DNA of 64,000 nucleotides from the NCBI GenBank assembly GCA_048938105.1, contig JBHLMN010000010.1, forward strand, positions 96,001-160,000. Reading direction: 5' to 3'. Source of the DNA: Promethearchaeota archaeon. Lineage in GTDB: Archaea > Asgardarchaeota > Heimdallarchaeia > Hodarchaeales > Hodarchaeaceae. The notes under the pieces were generated by a model that had not been told where the DNA came from, ran no database searches, and saw only the letters and a program-made list of their open reading frames with translations. Position numbers and translations under genes: made by a program. Shown piece by piece: positions 17,972 to 26,300 of the stretch. Within the stretch, counting starts at the first letter, position 1; each line of letters starts with the position of its first letter.

Positions 17972-19000
17972 TTAATCAAGTTGCATTATTGGATATTCTT
18001 CAGTTAGTAAGCTTTCTATTACTGCTCGAATCGCATTTTGTGCTTCTTTAACTTCTTCAATATTGAAAAATTTACTAATTTCCTTTTCAACAAGATAATC
18101 TGGTTCTTTTTCCCCGTCTTCGGATAGAATAAGGAAGATTTCTTTTTCAAGTACACCACGAGAGAATTTCGTTTTTAATTGATTGAAAATAATCTCATAT
18201 GCAAGCATAATTTCTAATTGGTGATCATTGATTCTATTAATGACCCCCTCACTAAGAATTAGAACTGAAAAAACCTCTTTAACTCGATTAACAGAATTTA
18301 AAGTGAAAATAGGGACAAAAATCGGTTCAAAGCGACTCTCCACATGGAGTTGAAACAGATGAGCATTCACATAAACTCTATATTTATTTACAAGTTGGGA
18401 ATATTCCTTAAGACTAGAATGTATATTAGCTAGGGCACTTTTAGCTTTTTGAAATTCCTTTAAATGCTTCATTCGTTCAGCTTTTACTTTTTCAATAATA
18501 GAAGCAGTAGGGATGACTTTAAGGCCCATTCTAATCTTCATCCTCAACTGAACCTCAATCATTTCTGTGAAATCCTTATAAGGGATAATTTCACGTTTTT
18601 GCCGACGAATAGGATGAAGACGTTTGATATCTTCAAAAGCTTTGATTTCTGCTTCTAAGATAGATTGATTGTTGCACATGATCCACCTTGTTACCGCAGT
18701 AAAATATTGCATTCCTGTTTGAAAAGCTAATGAGTCTAAGGATTGAAATATAGGGATAGAAAATGCAATTAAAAGAAAATCTTCTCCCTCTTGTGATATT
18801 AATTGAAAAAAAAACGGACTAATCTTTTTATTTTCTCGCTGCAATAAACCATTAACACCGAAAAAACGGACACGATCAATCACATCCAATAATTCTTCAT
18901 ATTGGATGGTAACTCTCTCGAATTCCATAGCCATCCACTCTTCAATCACCAAGTGAAACTGAAACCTTTGACCTGGTGGAATATCATCCCGAGAGCTCAT
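17972..19000 (-). CDS. Hypothetical protein with degenerate M48/zincin-like C-terminal segment
   Basis: 342-aa ORF with AGGAG upstream; ILSEGVINRINDHQLEIMLAYEI. Confidence 0.7.
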   Translation of the reverse strand: MSSRDDIPPGQRFQFHLVIEEWMAMEFERVTIQYEELLDVIDRVRFFGVNGLLQRENKKISPFFFQLISQEGEDFLLIAFSIPIFQSLDSLAFQTGMQYFTAVTRWIMCNNQSILEAEIKAFEDIKRLHPIRRQKREIIPYKDFTEMIEVQLRMKIRMGLKVIPTASIIEKVKAERMKHLKEFQKAKSALANIHSSLKEYSQLVNKYRVYVNAHLFQLHVESRFEPIFVPIFTLNSVNRVKEVFSVLILSEGVINRINDHQLEIMLAYEIIFNQLKTKFSRGVLEKEIFLILSEDGEKEPDYLVEKEISKFFNIEEVKEAQNAIRAVIESLLTEEYPIMQLD

Positions 19001-19051
19001 AATACCGTTATTACTCCTTTAGTTTAGTAGATAAACCTACTCATAAAAAAG

Positions 19052-20104
19052 TTAATAGCGTTTACCTGCACGTCGATAAGCGACTCCAAAGAGGAACAAG
19101 AAAATCCCAAAAGCTAAGAGAATAGCTGTGGAACGACTAATAACTTCTAAATCTCCAGAAACAAAGTTCACTATCTGAAAAAAGACGAGAGTCAACCAAC
19201 CTATGATACTAGTATCCCTACTTGTTGTGAGTCCTTTCCAATACCTCACAATAAGCATCAAAATTCCTAAAATCACTGCGCCGATATGAAATAATTGGAG
19301 AAAAGCTTCTGTGGGAAAGATATCTTTAGAAACAACTAGGTAAATGAATTCTAAAAATAAAAAGAGTGCAGCTGAAATAAGAGTAATAAGAGGGCCAGGA
19401 ACTCTTACAGTGTGATCAACTTGTTGAGCACCTTCGTAAATTAAGTATAAAATACCTCCAATTGTTGCAGAATCCGCTAATATCAATGCTGAGGTGTAAA
19501 TAACATCTAATTGGGTATTCCAAATATTGAAAAGCTTCAGGAAGAAACCTAGAATACCAGATTGTTCACCAAGCGGATCATAACCAAAATAAAATCCAAT
19601 AATTACCAGTAGTGGTAATGGTAAATAAAGTAGAGTTAGTATTATAGTTTTTCGCTGAGTAGAGATTAATTTTCCTTCTTCACGCCATTTAAAAAGGTAC
19701 ACTGCAATGAAATACCCACCAAGTAATGAAACAATGGGAGTAATCATGGGGAATAGAAAGATTATACCCACAATAAAATTAAAGCCGTAAAATGCTTTAA
19801 CTGTGGTTGGTAATCGCCAAACTTCTTTCCCAAAAGATTCATAAGCATCTCCAATTTGATATCTACTACCATAGGTCCAAAAAAAGAAAGGAACTGACAT
19901 GAAAAGAGGCCCAATTCCATAGATAATAATATCTGACAAGATACGTAAATCTCCCGTGTTTAAAAACCAAATAACCCCCTCTACAAAGACAAAAGATAAT
20001 AAATAAAAGTATACAGGGATAAATATAAATTGTAGAATCACTACCAACCTTCCATAATGAATATAGGTTTCGTAATCACTCAATTGATTTCCTACTCCAA
20101 ACAA
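19052..20104 (-). CDS. Hypothetical polytopic membrane protein (~9-10 TM)
   Basis: Many hydrophobic segments; basic C-terminus; co-oriented with the next ORF. Confidence 0.8.
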   Translation of the reverse strand: MFGVGNQLSDYETYIHYGRLVVILQFIFIPVYFYLLSFVFVEGVIWFLNTGDLRILSDIIIYGIGPLFMSVPFFFWTYGSRYQIGDAYESFGKEVWRLPTTVKAFYGFNFIVGIIFLFPMITPIVSLLGGYFIAVYLFKWREEGKLISTQRKTIILTLLYLPLPLLVIIGFYFGYDPLGEQSGILGFFLKLFNIWNTQLDVIYTSALILADSATIGGILYLIYEGAQQVDHTVRVPGPLITLISAALFLFLEFIYLVVSKDIFPTEAFLQLFHIGAVILGILMLIVRYWKGLTTSRDTSIIGWLTLVFFQIVNFVSGDLEVISRSTAILLAFGIFLFLFGVAYRRAGKRY

Positions 20105-20242
20105 TCGTCTGACTTGCTAAAGAGAATACAAGATTCTTTTTAAAAACATACCTCTTGCATTCCTTAAAAATAAATTCCTTGGGTCAATTTTAAGAAGCCA
20201 ACCCTTGGATGCTCCAATTAAGATTTTGGTGAGAATAGCAAG

Positions 20243-20554
20243 ATGAGTAATTCAAAAGAAGAGGAGAAATTTCCCTATAAATCAGAATACTATCATTTGA
20301 TCAAGGGGAAGACTATCTCACGACGGGGCAGGTGGTGGACAGCAGTCCTTCTAGTCCAAAATGCTGAAGATGCCGATAAACGAATTGTCGTCATCCAACG
20401 TTGGCAACAACGCAGAAGAGCTGACCCTAATGCAGAGGGGAAAATGTCAAACTACTGGGCGCCTGCGAAATCTTTTACACTCAACTCTAGTAAACCTTGG
20501 GAAACCCTCAAAGAAACTGTTGAAGAATGGCTTTCAACAAATGACTGGAAGTAA
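20243..20554 (+). CDS. Small conserved hypothetical protein, Trp/Arg-rich (possible PC4-like nucleic-acid binder)
   Basis: IKGKTISRRGRWWTAVLLV...IVVIQRWQ...YWAPAKSFTLNS..PWETLKETVEEWL; GGTGA upstream. Confidence 0.7.
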   Translation: MSNSKEEEKFPYKSEYYHLIKGKTISRRGRWWTAVLLVQNAEDADKRIVVIQRWQQRRRADPNAEGKMSNYWAPAKSFTLNSSKPWETLKETVEEWLSTNDWK

Positions 20555-20636
20555 TTAAGACCTCTTTGATAGTGGTTAAAGCCTAATATTCTAAATAAAA
20601 AGGATTTATGAAAAGACAGAGAATTATTGAGTCCTT

Positions 20637-21968
20637 CTAAGCAATTTTGATATACTCATAAGCCTTCCTAGCTGATTCGAAACCATAATGGATTTTTTGA
20701 TAATCTGTACGGAATTTTGCAACTTCTTTAGCAACCTCAGTTGGATTTTTCTGATCTACAATGACAGCTTTAAAGAATTCTGCGATCTGTTCCATTTCAT
20801 TTTCTTTCATCCCCAATCGAGTAACTTCCTGTGATCCAATACGAATCCCCCCTGGGTTCTTATAGTTACGTTTTTCTATGATGTCCCATGGAAGGAGATT
20901 GCGATTAGCAACAATATTTGCCTTTTCTAATCGTTGTTCGACATCTTTTCCTAATCCAATCGTATCTTGAAAATTACTGATATCAACTAGGAGTGTGTGA
21001 GATTCTGTAAAGCCTTTCTCTGGACAAACTACTTGAAAACCTCTTTCATACAACGCCTGACCCAAAGCTTTGGCATTCGTGATCACTTGTTTGGAATAAG
21101 GTACACCATATTTCTTGAATTCAACAGCAGCAACGGCAAGGGCTGCTACATGCATCAGATGATGATTAGATGTCGTACTAGGGAAAGCTGCTGATTTTAT
21201 CTTTTCCGCGAGTTCTTCTCTAGCTGCTATAACGATCCCTTTTTGAGGCCCTGGAAATGTTTTGTGAGTTGACATTGTCATTGTATCAGTTCCTTCTCGT
21301 AAAGGGTCTTGAAATTGTTTAGCTGCAATCAATCCTGCAACATGAGCAGCATCATAATTTACATGAGCTCCAACCTCATGAGCTATAGGTGCTAATTCTT
21401 TCACTGGATGAGGAAAAAGGAAAACACTGGCACCAAACTGAACGAGTTTCGGTTTTCTTTCTCCAATAGCTTTGATAGCTGCATCAACATCAATATTCAA
21501 GCCATATCGATCAAATGGAATATATTCAACATTTAATCGCGAAACAGCCCCTGCTGTACCGCCTATAAACGCTCCAGTTGAAGCTTTGAGTGGTCCAGAG
21601 CTAATATGACCACCAACAGGTATAGAAATTGCCATCATCTTATCATTGGCCTGGGTAAATGCAGTATAGACGGTCAAATTAGCAACAACACCAGAAATTG
21701 GCCGAGCATCTATAAATGGTGCATCAAAAATCTCTTTTAACAATTTTAAACATAATTCTTCAATTTCATCAAAGTATTGATTCCCTGGATAGACTCGTTC
21801 ACCTATCCAACCTTCTGCATATCGATGTGCAAGATCAGAAATCGCAGCTTCTCGTACTGCAGGACTTGTCACATTTTCACTTGCAATAAGAGGGATTGAA
21901 TTACTCCAGTAATCATGATGCTTTTCCAATATGGATCTAATTTTTATAAAATCAGGATCTAAAGCCAT
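20637..21968 (-). CDS. glyA: Serine hydroxymethyltransferase (archaeal type)
   Basis: LIASENVTS, RYAEG, ISGVVANL, YDAAHVAGLIA, STHKTFPGPQ, GIRIGSQEVTRLGM. Confidence 0.97.
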   Translation of the reverse strand: MALDPDFIKIRSILEKHHDYWSNSIPLIASENVTSPAVREAAISDLAHRYAEGWIGERVYPGNQYFDEIEELCLKLLKEIFDAPFIDARPISGVVANLTVYTAFTQANDKMMAISIPVGGHISSGPLKASTGAFIGGTAGAVSRLNVEYIPFDRYGLNIDVDAAIKAIGERKPKLVQFGASVFLFPHPVKELAPIAHEVGAHVNYDAAHVAGLIAAKQFQDPLREGTDTMTMSTHKTFPGPQKGIVIAAREELAEKIKSAAFPSTTSNHHLMHVAALAVAAVEFKKYGVPYSKQVITNAKALGQALYERGFQVVCPEKGFTESHTLLVDISNFQDTIGLGKDVEQRLEKANIVANRNLLPWDIIEKRNYKNPGGIRIGSQEVTRLGMKENEMEQIAEFFKAVIVDQKNPTEVAKEVAKFRTDYQKIHYGFESARKAYEYIKIA

Positions 21969-22204
21969 ATACTTCTCACCAATTGTATCCTAGTGGTAGT
22001 TCTTGTAATTTGGATTAACCGATTGTGATAACACATTAACTGCTAAAATTTTAAATAAATTCTCAAGACACTTGCAGATATCTAACTATTTGCTTGATCT
22101 GTTTAAATATTGATTTTTCAAACCTCTTTTTGCTTTCAAGAGGTTCATTTCTTTATAATAAATTATTAAGGGAAACACTAATTGAATTAATGTAGTGATC
22201 ACCT

Positions 22205-23347
22205 GTGAAAACTCAACTTTATAATTGGCATGCAAAGAATGGCGATATAATCGATTTCTCAGGATTCCAGATGCCTGTAATGTATAGATCCATTAAAGAA
22301 GAACATATGGCAGTAAGAAATACTACTGGTCTTTTTGATGTCTCACACATGGGTCGTATGTGGATTGAAGGACATGATGCAGAAAATTTTTTGAATTTAC
22401 TTGTACCCAGAGACCTCACAAAAACCCAAATAGGCAAAGCATCTTACACATTCATGTTGAATGAACAGGGAGGTTTTAGAGACGACATGATTTTCGCAAG
22501 AATCAAGAGAGATAAGTGGTTAATGGTTTGGAATGCAGGAAATCTTACAAAAATTAAATTGTGGATGGAATCTTTCAAAAATACTCTCAATCAATTTGTA
22601 GATTTAGATATTTCATTGATGGATATTTCTCCTACTTCTGCCATGTTTGCCTTACAAGGACCAGAATACCAAGATACATTAATAGCAGCTTTTGAGGGAA
22701 AAATTGAAGCACCACTTCCTTGGAGTATTATAAGAGCAAAATACAATGATATTGAACTCTTATTGTCTGGGACTGGGTATACTGGAGAAAAAGGGTGTGA
22801 AATCATAATCTTAAACACAACGTTTGAAGAGCCAATAAGAGCAAAAAAGATTTGGAGACTCCTTATTGAGGCTGGTAGTAAACCTTGTGGACTTGGAGCG
22901 AGAGACTCTCTTCGTCTCGAAGCAGGACTAGCTCTTTATGGGAATGATATTGACGAAAATATTAATCCTATTGAAGCTGATCTCTTCTTCACTCCTTTTA
23001 TTCACATGGATAAGACCTATTTCATAGGGAAATCTCAACTGGAATATTTCTCTGATCATATGCCCAACCGTACCCGTGTAGGATTTATTGCCCAGAAAAA
23101 AGGGCCTAGCCCAAGAGCTGGGATACATCTGTTAAAAGATGGTCAAGAAATTGGCATTGTAACCTCTGGAGGTTTCTCTCCTCTGTTAAATATTGGAATT
23201 GGAATGGGATATGTGCTTAGAAGCTTGAGTAAAGAAGGAACTTCCATTCAGTATGAAGTTAGAGGAAAATTTCATGAAGCTAAAATCCTAAAATTCCCCT
23301 TATTTGATGCTACTAAGTATGGAAAAACCAGAAAGAGTTTAGATTAA
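22205..23347 (+). CDS. gcvT: Glycine cleavage system T protein (aminomethyltransferase)
   Basis: EHMAVR..GLFDVSHMG, TGYTGEKGCE, CGLGARDSLRLEAGLALYG, VTSGGFSP. Confidence 0.96.
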   Translation: MKTQLYNWHAKNGDIIDFSGFQMPVMYRSIKEEHMAVRNTTGLFDVSHMGRMWIEGHDAENFLNLLVPRDLTKTQIGKASYTFMLNEQGGFRDDMIFARIKRDKWLMVWNAGNLTKIKLWMESFKNTLNQFVDLDISLMDISPTSAMFALQGPEYQDTLIAAFEGKIEAPLPWSIIRAKYNDIELLLSGTGYTGEKGCEIIILNTTFEEPIRAKKIWRLLIEAGSKPCGLGARDSLRLEAGLALYGNDIDENINPIEADLFFTPFIHMDKTYFIGKSQLEYFSDHMPNRTRVGFIAQKKGPSPRAGIHLLKDGQEIGIVTSGGFSPLLNIGIGMGYVLRSLSKEGTSIQYEVRGKFHEAKILKFPLFDATKYGKTRKSLD

Positions 23348-23361
23348 AACTCTATTCTTGA

Positions 23362-26300
23362 TTATTTCTTCTTCTTTTTACCTTTATCAATCTCCCCTGT
23401 TTCTCCACTAATAGAACCTAATTCAGAGAGAGCATCTGAAAACAAATCAGCTAGATCTGGTATTTTTACTTGGCTTTCTTTGGCTTCTTCAATAGGACTA
23501 ATCTCTTGATAATCTACCTGGGGTACATGAAATATATCTTTTGTTACGGATTCTTCTTCTTTTGTTAAGATATCTTCAATTGAATCAGCGCGACTCTCTG
23601 GTGGAATAATTTCTTGAGGTTCTCCTAGTGCTTTCTCAAAAATCCCCTCTGCTATATCTTCCATAACATCCTTGGCCTCCTCTTCTTGAATTATTTTTTC
23701 AAGAGGAGATAAGTCAGGAGTAGCAATTGCTACATCACTTGGAAGCTCTTCTCTTTCAACTTGTGGCTCCTCTATTGAAGAAGCTAATGTTCCTTTCTTC
23801 CACAATCGTCCAAAACTATCTACCTCCCACTCTTCATCCTCTGGTACCTCTTCTTCTCTCGCAACCATCTCTGGTTGTTCAAATTCTTCCGCCCTTGGAA
23901 TGAAAAGAGATTCTACTTCTTCCTCTGATAGAGCAGCTGGTTTTACTTCTTTTTTGTGGGAAATCTGTTCTATAGCTGGGTGAACTTCCTCAACAGGAGG
24001 AGTAATCTCCTCTGGGGGAAGAACAGCTTCTTTTGAGGGAACCTCCTGAATTGGTGAAGGTTCTGCGGAAAATAAGGTGCTGATTTCTGCATCTGAAAGA
24101 GCTGCTGTTTTTGGTATCTCTGGTGTTTCATGAGGGAGAGGTTTAATAATTTCTTCTGGTTCTTGTTGTGAAACATCAAACTTATCTTCAAAAGGAACTT
24201 CTATACTCGGTTCAACAGGAACCTCATCCGCCATAGGGGAAACTTTCTCTTGATCTGTCATAACTGGAGCTTCTTCGCCGAATTCTTTTATAACGCTTAC
24301 AAATTCTTCGTCAATTTGTTCATCTATCTCTTCTTGAGTAGGTTCAATAGGTGTGGGCACTTCTAGTGTTGGAGGTACAATTACTTTTGTTTCAACAAGC
24401 TCAGGAACTGGTTCAGGTTCTTCTTCAAGTTCAACAGCTTCAATTTTTCCGATTTTCTCCTCTACATGAACCATTCGTTGTTCTGATAACATTGCATACT
24501 CTTTCTTGTATTTCTTAGGTTTTATCCCGAGTTCATCAATGTACTTCTTAACCAATTCTATACGATCGTTATCCTTTACCTCCTCCGCGTGATGTAACAG
24601 AAAGACTAAGGTTCCTCCAATTTCTTCTTTCTTATTTATCATTGAACTTAAGCGAGTCATATAATCAAGATATGTGTAAGCGATCTTGAGATTATCTGCT
24701 TTAATAGCAACCTCAATAAGATTTACCATAACGTTGAATAATTCATCAAGATCCTGAAGCTCCTCGTACTTCTCTAAAGTTTGTTGGAATGATGCAAGAG
24801 CAGCAACATTATTAGTAAAAACTAAATATTCTGTCAAGTGGGAAAGCAATATTGCTTCATATTTATCAGCTTTAAATTTCTTACATATACCTATACCTCT
24901 TTTATAAGCTCTGATAGTTTGTTTAGGAGATGTAATTTGTTCTGCTAGGTTTATATAGACGTCAACAACACCTTCAAAATTATTCAAACTGCGATAGAGA
25001 GTTGAAGCTTGATAGGCATACTCTGATGCCAAATCTGGGTTCTCTGAAGCTACAAAAAGTGCGAATTTTTGAGATATTTTTGCGGCAAGTAATCGTCCTT
25101 CTCCACCAAATCTGTCTTCAGCTGTTTTAATAACACGATCCGTATATTCTCGCGCTCCCTCAAGTAAGGAATTGTTAATAAGCTCTTTAATAAAGTCGAA
25201 AGAAGCTAGTAGAACTTCTGCCATTGGTTTTTCAGTTTTTTCCAACACAATTGCCATCAAACGAGAAGCATGGGAAATTTGTTCAGTGTTTAACATCTTA
25301 TAGGCATACTTATTTGCAATTCGGTCTCCTTCCTCTCCCCATCCCTCATCATAGGCAGAAATTACGAAATTAACTATAGCTTCTGCGTTATTTTCAGAAA
25401 TTTCGTCGGAACTGAGCATGTAATCAAATATCTTTTCTAAAAAAGGAAAAAGATCCTCAAATGGTGGTTTTAAAACTTGTTTCGCGGTGTCAATTAGCTG
25501 AATATCAGGATATTTTTGGAATAAAGGTTCAAGATATTTACGAGCAATTTTCTTGAATTCAGCTTTTTCTCCTCGAATCTTAATAATTCGTTGAAAAACC
25601 TGCATAGCAGATACTAGATCCTCCGCCTCGTAAACAGTATCAAAAATCATTTGCAAAAATTCAAGTGCTTTCTCTGATTGATTCTCCTCTTCTAGAAGAT
25701 TTGCCACTTCTAAACAGAATTTTGCAGAAGTTGCTGTATCTCCTCTATCTAAAGCATTTTTTGAATAATCTTTCATTGCAGAAATTGCCAGTTTGAATTT
25801 CCTATGGCTCTGTCCAAATCTGAGGATCAAGTCTGTCATTCGATTTGCTTCTTCAACTTGCTTATAGTCGAGAAATTTATCTCGAATCTCTTCAAGATAT
25901 TTCATAACCTTAGTAATGTCCCCTAACCGTTCATAATATCGAGCATTCTGAACACTAAAGATATAAGCGTCTTGGAACTTTCCAAGCTCCAATTGTTTGT
26001 CAATTAGGGGTGAAACAATATTAATACAATTCTTATAGTCCTCTTTCTGCTCGATTTCTTTAAGAATCGAATCAGTTATTCGTTGAGCTAGTTCGACTGA
26101 ATATTCAAGGATCTGTTTCTGAAAGGCAATTAATGCTTCAACAGATCCTTCAGGATCGCCCATTTCTTGATAAACTTCAGCTATTCTTTGGATATAATAT
26201 TCAACTAAATCAAATCTTTCAGTATTCTCTAAAAGATAATCAATAAATCGAGTTATGCTATCGATTGCTCGTGTATAATCCTGTTGCTTTTTCTGAAGTA

